Origin: a virus
Taxonomy: Duplodnaviria > Caudoviricetes
Strand: one strand, 5' to 3'
DNA: 64,000 nucleotides
Virus record (IMG/VR): IMGVR_UViG_3300025608_000019
Coordinates: 1,775 to 65,774 of that record
Position numbers and translations under genes: made by a program. Every line of letters starts with the position of its first letter. Positions within the stretch are counted from its first letter, which is position 1. The notes beneath the pieces were generated by a model, which searched no databases, was not told the origin of the DNA, and was given only the letters and a program-made list of their open reading frames with translations. Of this stretch, positions 9,884 through 20,330 are shown piece after piece.

Positions 9884-10690
9884 TTAAAATCTTAACCATT
9901 TTGGAGAATAGAATAATCCAATTCCAATTGAAGGTCCTGTACTAATAACTTGATTGTTGTTTAGGTTAATTCCATAACCAACTCCAAATCCTATAGACCA
10001 TCCAGCTTTTTTAACTTGCTTCTGATTTAAACGATCATTGACAAGATTTATATTTTCAATATTTGTAAAATTAACTCCACTATATGGTGTTGTTATTCTT
10101 AGTAAACTTCTACCATCTTCTTCAATGATTGCTGTTTGTAAACTAATTCCTTGATTAAAATTAAATCTTGAACTAAATATTGAGTATGTTGTATCTACCT
10201 TCTTTAGCTTTAACTCTCCATTAAAGACTCTCCAGTTATATTTATCCCATTCTTTTTTGTCATCAAATTTAACTGTGATTCCTGAACTATCTTGGGCAAT
10301 TCCTACTGAAGCGTTAATTATTGAATCTTTAATATTTAAACTAGTTGAAATTAAAGAGTTAATATTTTTTAAATCCTTGTTTTTGTTAAGGACATTTTTA
10401 TATTTGTTTTGTAAACTCTTATATTCTGAAGTTGCTGTAGTTATATTAAATTCATAAGAACTTATTTCAGAAACTAATCTGTCATTTTCATTCTTATATG
10501 TATCTACAGAATCTTGCGACGCTAATAAATTATTATAGTTTCTATCAGCAACCTTTACTGTGTTTTCTAATTCAACCTTTAGGTCAGCAATACTGTCGCA
10601 TTGTTTCAAAAACATGAAAACAAATAAAGCGCCTGCTATAAACATGATAGCATTTTTTGAAAGGTTTATATTTTTAATTGGATTTATCAT
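9884..10690 (-). CDS. Putative lipoprotein / spanin-like lysis protein
   Basis: Hydrophobic N-terminus ending FLKQC, long coiled coil, C-terminal Gly/aromatic beta-strands (GWSIGFGVGYG...GPSIGIGLFYSPKWLRF). Confidence 0.5.
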   Translation of the reverse strand: MINPIKNINLSKNAIMFIAGALFVFMFLKQCDSIADLKVELENTVKVADRNYNNLLASQDSVDTYKNENDRLVSEISSYEFNITTATSEYKSLQNKYKNVLNKNKDLKNINSLISTSLNIKDSIINASVGIAQDSSGITVKFDDKKEWDKYNWRVFNGELKLKKVDTTYSIFSSRFNFNQGISLQTAIIEEDGRSLLRITTPYSGVNFTNIENINLVNDRLNQKQVKKAGWSIGFGVGYGINLNNNQVISTGPSIGIGLFYSPKWLRF

Positions 10691-10693
10691 AAT

Positions 10694-13183
10694 CTATAAG
10701 AATGTGTTCCAACCGTTTGAGCTAGTTGGAGTATCCCAGGGTTGTGTTGTTATAGTTGGGTTATCAGTCCACATTAATTTAGCAAACCAACTGCTGTCTC
10801 CACCAGCATTAGTAACCACCATATCATCAGTTACAGAACCAAGGTGATTAATTGTAGTTGTAGCTGTTCTTCCGTTTTGAGTTTGATTCTCATTGCCGCT
10901 AATATATTTAGATTTATTGTTCCATGTAACATCCATACTAGCAACACCTGGCGTAGTCTGAACATTGTTCGTAAAGTTTTGAATCCAAGCAGCAACATAT
11001 ATTGTAGAACCTGTATTATTAGTAACTGTATACTGTCGTGTTAGAGGAGAGTTGTTATATAATTGACCCGAAGTACCATTAGGACTTAGTGCAGGTAACA
11101 TATCATATACCGTTGCACCAAAGCTTAAAGTAGTACTTTGACTACTTGATAATCCGCCTTGAACCTCATTTTCATTTGCAAAATCATTATCAGTTATATT
11201 TAACGTTAATTTAGTATACTGTCCATTTTGGTTTACATCACTATACGTGTGATTGGTAACTGAAAAGTCAGAGGTTCTTGCACTTCCCGAGCCATAGTAT
11301 GCATAGCCTACTGTAGGCGTAACTAAATTATCAAAATACTTACCAGACGGTGCTGTTAAAATAATAGGATCTAATGCAACCGAATATCCTATAGTACCGG
11401 TTTTGGTTTGCTGTGTTGCATCATAATTCCATGGACTACCAGCGTTATACTCATATGTTTGAGCAACCTGATTAAGAATTGTTAACGCGTTATCTTGATT
11501 AGTATCAAATGCTATTTGAATATTACTAGGGTTATACGCCAACTGCTGATTTACAGTTATTACATATTGTACTTCGGGCCATCCATTTGTATTGTTTCCT
11601 CCTGGACCTCCAAATACCGGAGAGCTAATAGTCACTCCGTTTGGCAGGGTCCATGATGGTGGATACTGTGTACCAGTCCATAAGTAACCTGAAGGGGCTC
11701 CCATATTTAGTTGAAATGATTGACCAGTTACGGAACCTGCTGGTGCGGTGACATTAAATAAAGTACTACCACTCGTGGTTTGGTAACTAGGATTTCCATA
11801 AGTTCCTACGTCGCTAAATATAATTTGATACGTATTTGTGTATGTTGGGTTTGCTGTTCCAGGTATTTTAAAGAATAAATCAGTTTCTCCTAAATAAATT
11901 ATCTGTGGAACCTTTTTAATAGCATACTGTGTACCTGATGAATCAGGAGTTACTAAATCTTCAACATAATCATTTGTGTGTGTTATATTATATTGACTAG
12001 ACACAGAGTTTGCTGCATTTAGTGTAATGTCAGCTCCACCCATAATACTCTTCTTAGCAGAGCCATTGGTTGTAGCAAGACCTTGACCTGTTGCTCCAGG
12101 CGCATCATCAATAATATAATCGTACCCGTTTAAATCAGGAACCTCATATGCCACTGTACCTACTCCTGTTGAGTTTTTCCAAACTTGACCATTACATAAA
12201 TACCAGCCAGCGTAATCTCCAATACCTCTACCTATAGTAAATTCAATAGCACCAGAACTAGCGTCATAGTTTAATTGTTGTTGTATAAAATTAGAAGATT
12301 GTTCAAAAACACTAGATAGAACTCCAACAATAGTACCTACTGGTATTCCACCACCAAGTTCCTGTATTGTTTGAAATTTTAATTTACCAGTAGCGTCTGC
12401 CGATGTTGCTATTTTATCGGTATCCGGTGCTCCTAATGCTATTGACGCATAGTCCGTCTCTACAGTTAAATCACCAGATATAGTAACATCCTTTTCTGCT
12501 TCTATTTGTTTGGTAAAAACAGATGAAGCGGAATTTACTTTAATTAATTCAGAATTACTTGAACTGTCTAAAAACACGTGAGAATTCGCGAATATCTTTA
12601 TTAAACCAATATTATTGATTTCAGAAAAACCTTGACTTAGTGTTGTTATAGCATTACCACTTGAGTCTGTGTTAGATTCTAGTTTAAAATCAAAAGAATT
12701 ACTAGTACCATCTGTTGTTAGTGATATATTTGAGCCAAAATAACTTTTCCTATTAACAACAAATTGTGCCGGTAGTTGCTGGTTACCAGATGCTGTGATG
12801 GTAATTGGGCTTTCCGCTGCATACTGTCCAGTATCTGTACTAATATATCCAATCTTAACTACGGGGGCAGAGGAGTTTACCGTAGCGTCGTTTGCGGGCA
12901 ATAACGTATCTGCAGTATAATCAGATTGCCTTCCATCTATTTTGATCCAATATTCTCCTCCAGCAGGTCCTTGATTTCCTTGAAAACCTTGATCTCCTTT
13001 AAGACCTGTGTCTCCTTGGTATCCGGTAGTACCTTGATACCCCATAGTACCCTGATATCCAGTTGTTCCTTGTGGACCTCCTCCATTAGCGACTAATTGA
13101 TCAAAATTGTAATTAACCTTATCTAATTTAAGGTTATCACCATCAATATATTCAAGTTGCTTTAAGTTAATAGTTATTGGCAT
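10694..13183 (-). CDS. Tail fibre with short collagen tract and tail-collar domain
   Basis: GYQGTTGYQGDTG Gly-X-Y run; IPVGTIVG...GWYLCNGQ...VPDL tail-collar motif; beta-rich C-terminus. Confidence 0.75.
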   Translation of the reverse strand: MPITINLKQLEYIDGDNLKLDKVNYNFDQLVANGGGPQGTTGYQGTMGYQGTTGYQGDTGLKGDQGFQGNQGPAGGEYWIKIDGRQSDYTADTLLPANDATVNSSAPVVKIGYISTDTGQYAAESPITITASGNQQLPAQFVVNRKSYFGSNISLTTDGTSNSFDFKLESNTDSSGNAITTLSQGFSEINNIGLIKIFANSHVFLDSSSNSELIKVNSASSVFTKQIEAEKDVTISGDLTVETDYASIALGAPDTDKIATSADATGKLKFQTIQELGGGIPVGTIVGVLSSVFEQSSNFIQQQLNYDASSGAIEFTIGRGIGDYAGWYLCNGQVWKNSTGVGTVAYEVPDLNGYDYIIDDAPGATGQGLATTNGSAKKSIMGGADITLNAANSVSSQYNITHTNDYVEDLVTPDSSGTQYAIKKVPQIIYLGETDLFFKIPGTANPTYTNTYQIIFSDVGTYGNPSYQTTSGSTLFNVTAPAGSVTGQSFQLNMGAPSGYLWTGTQYPPSWTLPNGVTISSPVFGGPGGNNTNGWPEVQYVITVNQQLAYNPSNIQIAFDTNQDNALTILNQVAQTYEYNAGSPWNYDATQQTKTGTIGYSVALDPIILTAPSGKYFDNLVTPTVGYAYYGSGSARTSDFSVTNHTYSDVNQNGQYTKLTLNITDNDFANENEVQGGLSSSQSTTLSFGATVYDMLPALSPNGTSGQLYNNSPLTRQYTVTNNTGSTIYVAAWIQNFTNNVQTTPGVASMDVTWNNKSKYISGNENQTQNGRTATTTINHLGSVTDDMVVTNAGGDSSWFAKLMWTDNPTITTQPWDTPTSSNGWNTFL

Positions 13184-13221
13184 CTTTTAATTTTTATATT
13201 TATTTATATATTCTTATTTAT

Positions 13222-15477
13222 TTATGCACATATAGATCCAGTGTCCGGATTTCCATTATTGTCAATGCTTATTGTTGTTTGGTTATCAACAACACCATTG
13301 ACATATGTGTAATCGGTGACATGCGTTATTCTATTTGATGATCCTACTGTTGTTGAACCAGGAGCTGCTTGGTTCGCGACATTAACTAATGGTTCTGAAC
13401 CTGCTGATACACCTAGAGTATATGACCAATTTAAATTACTATATAATGTCATTCCAGTAGGAATTGAACTCGCGCTAGTGAAACTTTGTATTTGTCCGTT
13501 AGAACCAACGTACAGCGCGTATTGACCCACAGTAGTATTATTTGAACACGCTATACTACTATTAATAGCCCTTTCAACTCGATATGGATTGGATAAAATT
13601 AATTTACCATAATATTTATGCGTCAATATTTCTCCTAGGAACATTGTACCATTCCAATATCTCTTTATTGGGTTTGTTGTGTCTCCGTTTCCGTACCAAC
13701 CTGCAGGTAAAGTTGCTCCCGTTGTTTGAGCTTTAATTTCAGTTGCTGTTGAAAATGAAGTAGAATTCATTTCTACCAATGAATTACTATAACTGGTTGA
13801 ACCATTGTTTAAAAAATTAATTCTCGTACCATAAATAAGCCCGGTATTACTCCAAGTAGGACAGGTTACTGATGTTGAAAAAGTTCCTGTTGCCGCATCC
13901 CAATATCTCGAACATACAGTAAATTGATTATGAAATTTATACCATCCAGTAGGCGCGTATGACAGCGTGTTTTGTTGATATAACTTGTATGGTTGGTTAA
14001 ACCCACACCATGCTGAAGATACATTAATACCTGAGGGTGCATCCCATCTGAATTGATTAGATGTTGTTGAATTACACGAAGCAGTTGAAGTAGCGCCATA
14101 CGATAATGCAATTGGCTGTAGCGTCGGTGCAGAAGCCGTAGATTCTTCCCATTCTAAATTAGCATACGGTAATTTAACAAGGTATATCATCTTGTTTATA
14201 TAATGAGTACCTCCAATCATTTGGTTCATACCCACACTAACATCATCGTTATTGTCATAGAATGGTGTCTTGTATTCTACATTATATTTGCTTCCTCCTG
14301 TTTTTGCAGCGCCCATTTCAATGTCATGACCTCCCATTATAGAAGATGTGCCGCCAGTTTGATTCACGATAACTTGATTTCCATTCTGATCAATTACTAA
14401 TCCGGTATAATGTAAGTTCGGTACCAGTGTTTCATTAACACCTGCGCCAGTGTTCCATTCTCTACCGTTACATAGATACCATCCTTCATATTGTCCTCCT
14501 GCTATTCCTCTACCATATGTAAATCTGATAGGTTCTTGAGTTAAAGAGTCTTGTTGATACTGCGTTTGTAAATCAAAATTAGTACTATTAAATGCCCAAT
14601 TAGGTATCGATATAATTGAACCTATTGGATACCCTGGAAAAACCTGGTTCTTGTTGACCCATTTAACAGTTCCACCAGTGTTTGTTGATATCAGCACTTT
14701 ATCAATACCAGCACTATTCTGTATATATAGATCTCCATTAATTATTACTGATTTGTTAGCGATTATGTTATTTGTAAAAATAGTTCCGCTACTAGATATT
14801 AATATAGAATCTATTGCTTTAACACCGTTGTATGTTCTAATAGAATATGTATCGTTTGGTCCTAGATTAATTCTTCGTGTGAATCCAAGTCCTCCATTTC
14901 TTAACCTACCTTCTTCATATACATCGTTGATACCAATACGCGAAATTCTATGTTGTGAATCTTTTAAATCGGTTGTTTCAACGCCGTGTGCGTCATTTAT
15001 GTATGTTGTTAGTTTTAGATTAACTACAGATTCATTACTGCCTGGATGGCTCCATATATCTGAGTGTATTTTTAAAGTGGAACTTATAGGAGAGAGATAG
15101 TGAACAGGCTGTATTGTAGATGCTGAAGGATCAGAATAACCTGTTATTATTGCTGCTGTTGAATATTCTGGATTTTGTTTTTCAGGAAATATATGAATAG
15201 ATCCAGTTAATGTTCCTTCAACACCAATCCATGTTGAATACCCGATAGAACCCTGATTACCCTGATCTCCTAAAGTTCCTTTTGATCCTTGAAAACCTTT
15301 AGCTCCAAGTAATCCACTTGAACCAAACGAACCTTGAGACCCCATAGGTCCTACCATCCCTCCTGATGTAAGTTGTCTAAAATTATTATTAATCTTATCA
15401 ACCTTATCTTGGGACCACCAGCTATTACTGTTTGGATCTAGATCACTCTTAAATATTTCTTTAATATCGATTGCCAT
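13222..15477 (-). CDS. Tail fibre paralogue with collagen tract and tail-collar domain
   Basis: DKVDKINNNFRQL N-terminus, GSQG/GFQG Gly-X-Y run, YPIGSIISI...GWYLCNG...VPNL; repeated P.GWY...RYW modules in the C-terminal part. Confidence 0.75.
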   Translation of the reverse strand: MAIDIKEIFKSDLDPNSNSWWSQDKVDKINNNFRQLTSGGMVGPMGSQGSFGSSGLLGAKGFQGSKGTLGDQGNQGSIGYSTWIGVEGTLTGSIHIFPEKQNPEYSTAAIITGYSDPSASTIQPVHYLSPISSTLKIHSDIWSHPGSNESVVNLKLTTYINDAHGVETTDLKDSQHRISRIGINDVYEEGRLRNGGLGFTRRINLGPNDTYSIRTYNGVKAIDSILISSSGTIFTNNIIANKSVIINGDLYIQNSAGIDKVLISTNTGGTVKWVNKNQVFPGYPIGSIISIPNWAFNSTNFDLQTQYQQDSLTQEPIRFTYGRGIAGGQYEGWYLCNGREWNTGAGVNETLVPNLHYTGLVIDQNGNQVIVNQTGGTSSIMGGHDIEMGAAKTGGSKYNVEYKTPFYDNNDDVSVGMNQMIGGTHYINKMIYLVKLPYANLEWEESTASAPTLQPIALSYGATSTASCNSTTSNQFRWDAPSGINVSSAWCGFNQPYKLYQQNTLSYAPTGWYKFHNQFTVCSRYWDAATGTFSTSVTCPTWSNTGLIYGTRINFLNNGSTSYSNSLVEMNSTSFSTATEIKAQTTGATLPAGWYGNGDTTNPIKRYWNGTMFLGEILTHKYYGKLILSNPYRVERAINSSIACSNNTTVGQYALYVGSNGQIQSFTSASSIPTGMTLYSNLNWSYTLGVSAGSEPLVNVANQAAPGSTTVGSSNRITHVTDYTYVNGVVDNQTTISIDNNGNPDTGSICA

Positions 15478-15480
15478 TTA

Positions 15481-18400
15481 TTAAGCTTGTATTTTAATAT
15501 GGACTCTTAGCTTATAAGAGTATCCAGGTCTTTTATTATATATTAGTCTAAAACTAAGTGCATCTGACTGATATCCTTGAATAGCATAGTTTGTAAGTTC
15601 TTTATAATTATCTCTTTTAATGTCTTCAGGATTTTCTACCGAATTAAATTCAGTCTTAACTCCCTTTTGCTCTATACCATATACTCTAATATTGTCTATG
15701 ATAAATCTAGTAGAAATATTATTATCAATGTAAATATCTAAATCATCTTCAATTGTAGTTTTATCGCCAAATGAATTAACAGGATTTACATATGTTTTAA
15801 ACTGGTTTTGTATATAATCTTCCTTTAACTCTGAAGATATTGCCTTTGGTAAATAAAAATCAGCATATATCGTATCTATGTCCTCTGTCCAATGTATTGA
15901 GCTTTCATTTAAGTTATTCAACCTAACTCTATCAAGAATTTCAATTGAATCTTCTCTATCTTGAGAATATGATGTAATATCATAAGTGTCTTTTACTTTC
16001 ATAACGGTCGAAGCAAAGAAGTTTTCCTTTTCAATTGGGCTTAATGTACCATGTACCAATTTACTTTCTCCTGCTGGAAACGCCTTGTTAAAAAAATCTG
16101 ATGAATATTTTGACTTAAATAAGTTTATATTCTTTTTATCAATTGCTATCTCTCCGATTCTTGGATATATTGGAAGTTTATCAGATGTTTGAGAAAGTTT
16201 AAGTATTCCTTTTGAATTCTCATCGTTAACTTTGTGATAAAAATAATTCTCAATGTAACCAAATCCAAGTTCTCTTTCCTTGTAAGACTCGAATGATATT
16301 CCACTATAATTAAATTTATTGTATATCAGTCTCTTTCTCTCATCATTAGTTATATTAGGGATTTTGTATTCTGTGTAAATATCTGTAAATCCGACAACCT
16401 TGTTAAATAGTGGGTTGTAATCTCCATTCATTCTTCTTAAAACCGTAATATAACCTCCGTCTTCTCTATCTACAATAACGTTTCCGATAGAGCCTGATTG
16501 TAATTGATACGCTTTAGGTTTATCTGGATCTGTGCTTGCTTTAATTAGAGATGGTTTAACAAAGCTAACCCCGGACTCTACGTTAAGAACAAATTCGTCT
16601 TTAATCTCAGAGCCGTCTTTAAGAATAGTAGTGTATTCTATGTCTCCGTATTTATTAAATCTTTCTGCAAAGCTAGAAGCGTTTAATTCTTCTAAAATAT
16701 TAGAAAATTCATTACTACCAGAATTAAAGTATTTAAATACCGTTGTCAATGGTGCACCAGCGCTTGAAAAAGCTTGATCTAATCTCTGTACAGCGATATC
16801 AGGTCCGTTGATTACAGTGTTCCACAGATAAGGATGTCCCTTAACAACGACCTTGGTTTTATCTATCACACTTGAAACTTTCATACCCCAGGTATCACCA
16901 TACGCTTCAAATAATATCCATGAATAATTACCTTCCGAGTCCTTCGTTATGTATTTTTCAAAATCTGCACTGCCGTCTGCTATTGAGAATAGAGAGGCTG
17001 TTAATATAAGATCATCATCTACGGAACCCCATGTAGAATTACCAAGATCAATTTCAAACGGTAGTGCAGTATCGATAACTTCTTGATTTAATTTAATATC
17101 GTTTAAACGGTATACATTATACCTATCAAGATATTTAACATCATTATCAACGACGTTAACACTAATATAAACACATATAAATTTAAACCTTTCGTTTTTA
17201 ATAACGTCGTAAGATATTGAATTTTCCACTACATTCTTATCATTATAATTAACAACTGTAGCGAACTTATATCCATTAACATCAAACGAATTTGTAAAAT
17301 CAGTAGGGGAATCTTTCTCATCCTCTTTTCTTTTTCTAAAATTATATCTGAGTCCTCTAAAAACAGCTGAAGCATCTTTTTGAGTACTTCCACCGTTAAA
17401 TTTAGAATAATTAACCTTTAATTTGTTATCAACCCACTCAATCGATGGATTTTGATATCCATTAAAAATTAAGTTATGGTTAAAGAAGTTAAAATTAACG
17501 TCTTTTAATTTTTCTATTGTTAAGTCATTAAGACCATTAATATCAGTACTAGTGTAATTTGTTAAATCTATTTCAGGACTATTTAAATAATAGGATGGTG
17601 TATTGTTAAAATGGAAATGCTCCATGTTAAGATACTCTGTGTTTCGATCACCAATAACCTCTATGTTTGGTGACATATTGTCTGAGCCAAACGCTTCGTT
17701 TGCATTTAAAATATAATCGAAGTTCTTTGCGTTTGAAGCATCCTTTAGGTGAAATTTACAGATGGTTGGAACCAGTCTACTTTTTAAAGAAGTTTCTTTT
17801 AGTTCATTTTCATTTAGTCTGTCATATTCATTATTAATAGTTGAACCACCGTCTATATTTTCTTCTGTTAGTAACGGAGTTAACCATGAAAAGTATAAAT
17901 CTGGTGAATCATAGTTTGTTCTCGAAACATGTAAACCTCCGTCGTAAAAAACGGTATCCCAATATCCATTGACAGGTTGTGGTAGCTGTTCAGCTATTTC
18001 AATAAAAGTACCTCCATCCGCTATAGAGACATCTACTACCTCAAGTTCTTCACCATTCGACAGTACTATATAATCACCAGACTTGATATAATCCTGTGCG
18101 TCAATATTTAATAGATTAACCGCATTCGCAACAGTATCTATAGTCTGATCAGGATTAAGTAATGGATCGATGGCTGGATAAATTGGATCTGTAACACTAA
18201 TAATATATGTTGGATGTAATATATCTCCGGTATCTGTGTTTCTTGTAGAATAAAAATCAAAATCAAAATCTTTAAAATCGTATGCTGCAAATTTACCATG
18301 AATTGTATCATATACTTGGTACACGTTAAAAACTCTATCTTCAGATATTTTAACTGGACCATCAAGTATTACTCTCCATAAATCTGTATCTAAAGGATCT

Positions 18401-20202
18401 TGATTAATCTCTATAATTTTAGAGAATTTTTCAAAATTCTTATCCTTAATATATTCACCTATTCGTAATTGACCAATCTCTTTAAAATCAACAAACAGCA
18501 TGTTTTGTTTAGAAGAACCAGATATTGGTGTAACAATATTCCAGTCTTGCGTTATCACAGTTGGTAAATTAACAGTGTCTTTTTCACCGTCATTTACTGT
18601 TATAAAATCAACGTTATTTAATTTAAAAATACCAAAAGCAGTATGTCTTCTTCTGTTACCATCTAAAAAATCTTCAATAATGATTGAAGTATCTTTTACG
18701 TGTATTTTATAATCAATTAAAGACTCAGATCTAATAGACTGTGCTATCGCATTTGATACTTGCTGTAAGTTACCATTACTAGAAAATCTATTACTATTAA
18801 AAGTACCGGCAGCTAATGAACTATCTGCAATATATGTAAAGCTTCCTAAATTATTATTTTCAATACTTATTTCTCCCCTATCACCAATAAATAGTCTATC
18901 ATTATTGTCTGGATTTTGGTTAATCGTAATTTTAATAAATCCTTTAGTTGCAGAATCTTTATTTACCGCTGTTAATCTTTCTCCAGTCTTAGCAAACCCT
19001 TTAAAATCAGATAAACTAGAAGAATCTATAGAAACTGGTAAATCGTGATTTTTTATATTCTTAACGGCATTTTTTATGTGATAAAATTTACCGTTTTTAT
19101 CTTTTACGTAATTAAGAGTTGGCATCGCCAGATCTTCTTCGTTCGTTATCATGTCGATATCAGAAAGTGAAGTCTGATCAACTATATAGTTACTTTTATA
19201 TGAATTAACATTAGGTGATATAAATCCCTTAGAATCAATGTTGTCAATGCTAAATGAACCTTCATCTATCGCATCACAATACAACCCAAAGTACCTGTAT
19301 ATTTTATAATCTTCAGCAGTATAATCGTCAAAAAGAAATTCAAGATTCATAATGTTAGCTGAAACTAAACCATGCCTTGCAAAACCGTTTGTAATTACTT
19401 CATTGCTCATTATTTCAGGATAATCAACCGAGGTGTATGAGTTATCTAAAACCTCTGCTTTATTCGCAAAACCACCTTTTACAATATCGATTCCATTGAA
19501 ATATGATTTCTCATCCTCTTTAAAATTCATCGTTATAGCTCCATTTGGAAAGTTACGATCATTTACATGAGAGTGTATGTATTTTCCAAGCTCAGAACTC
19601 TTGCTAAGATCAAACGTTTTAATTATAGTAGCCTTGTTTAATAGCTCTAATATTCTTTTATTTTGGCCTTCGACATTTTCAGAGTATTCCTCGTTATAAT
19701 CAACATCCTCTATTCTGTAAATAACAAATTTAGTAGGTGTCTTTTTATCTAGCCAAATTGGAGCAAATAATCTATATTGCTCATCGTATAATTTAGTTAC
19801 GTTTTGAGTGGCTCCGTATTGATATTGAGTCTCATATTGATTAGAATAGTCAGAATATATTGAAAGATCTGAATATTTTTTAAGAGTTTGATATCTTAAA
19901 CTATTGGGTGTGTTTTTATAAAACTTAGCAATGTCAGATGAAAAACTTCCAGAAGATTTAATAGGGTACTTTTGAAATTCTACTTTTGAAAGCTCCTTAT
20001 TAGCCTTAAACGCACTAAAATACATCAACTCGTTAGAATCAACAATAAGCTTGATGTTGGTGGTTAATTTAGGATTTGTTCGAAGTAGCGCAAATGACTT
20101 ATTTTCAATTGGGGAAGTAATTCCACCAATATCAGATATTCCGTCACCATCACTATCTATGAATCCTAAATATTCTGGATCTCCTGGGTTGTAAATACTC
20201 AT
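15481..20202 (-). CDS. Very large putative baseplate/tail structural protein (1573 aa)
   Basis: Intact long ORF inside the structural block, D/N-rich; no family recognised. Confidence 0.6.
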   Translation of the reverse strand: MSIYNPGDPEYLGFIDSDGDGISDIGGITSPIENKSFALLRTNPKLTTNIKLIVDSNELMYFSAFKANKELSKVEFQKYPIKSSGSFSSDIAKFYKNTPNSLRYQTLKKYSDLSIYSDYSNQYETQYQYGATQNVTKLYDEQYRLFAPIWLDKKTPTKFVIYRIEDVDYNEEYSENVEGQNKRILELLNKATIIKTFDLSKSSELGKYIHSHVNDRNFPNGAITMNFKEDEKSYFNGIDIVKGGFANKAEVLDNSYTSVDYPEIMSNEVITNGFARHGLVSANIMNLEFLFDDYTAEDYKIYRYFGLYCDAIDEGSFSIDNIDSKGFISPNVNSYKSNYIVDQTSLSDIDMITNEEDLAMPTLNYVKDKNGKFYHIKNAVKNIKNHDLPVSIDSSSLSDFKGFAKTGERLTAVNKDSATKGFIKITINQNPDNNDRLFIGDRGEISIENNNLGSFTYIADSSLAAGTFNSNRFSSNGNLQQVSNAIAQSIRSESLIDYKIHVKDTSIIIEDFLDGNRRRHTAFGIFKLNNVDFITVNDGEKDTVNLPTVITQDWNIVTPISGSSKQNMLFVDFKEIGQLRIGEYIKDKNFEKFSKIIEINQDPLDTDLWRVILDGPVKISEDRVFNVYQVYDTIHGKFAAYDFKDFDFDFYSTRNTDTGDILHPTYIISVTDPIYPAIDPLLNPDQTIDTVANAVNLLNIDAQDYIKSGDYIVLSNGEELEVVDVSIADGGTFIEIAEQLPQPVNGYWDTVFYDGGLHVSRTNYDSPDLYFSWLTPLLTEENIDGGSTINNEYDRLNENELKETSLKSRLVPTICKFHLKDASNAKNFDYILNANEAFGSDNMSPNIEVIGDRNTEYLNMEHFHFNNTPSYYLNSPEIDLTNYTSTDINGLNDLTIEKLKDVNFNFFNHNLIFNGYQNPSIEWVDNKLKVNYSKFNGGSTQKDASAVFRGLRYNFRKRKEDEKDSPTDFTNSFDVNGYKFATVVNYNDKNVVENSISYDVIKNERFKFICVYISVNVVDNDVKYLDRYNVYRLNDIKLNQEVIDTALPFEIDLGNSTWGSVDDDLILTASLFSIADGSADFEKYITKDSEGNYSWILFEAYGDTWGMKVSSVIDKTKVVVKGHPYLWNTVINGPDIAVQRLDQAFSSAGAPLTTVFKYFNSGSNEFSNILEELNASSFAERFNKYGDIEYTTILKDGSEIKDEFVLNVESGVSFVKPSLIKASTDPDKPKAYQLQSGSIGNVIVDREDGGYITVLRRMNGDYNPLFNKVVGFTDIYTEYKIPNITNDERKRLIYNKFNYSGISFESYKERELGFGYIENYFYHKVNDENSKGILKLSQTSDKLPIYPRIGEIAIDKKNINLFKSKYSSDFFNKAFPAGESKLVHGTLSPIEKENFFASTVMKVKDTYDITSYSQDREDSIEILDRVRLNNLNESSIHWTEDIDTIYADFYLPKAISSELKEDYIQNQFKTYVNPVNSFGDKTTIEDDLDIYIDNNISTRFIIDNIRVYGIEQKGVKTEFNSVENPEDIKRDNYKELTNYAIQGYQSDALSFRLIYNKRPGYSYKLRVHIKIQA

Positions 20203-20330
20203 TCTATATTTGTATATTTATATTCTATATATTGTAGAAATATACATACACCTTTAGAATCGCTTAAAGTCTCGTTGCGCATATATAGTTCTATACACTA
20301 TATATCACAATTTATTAATCTAATAAAATT

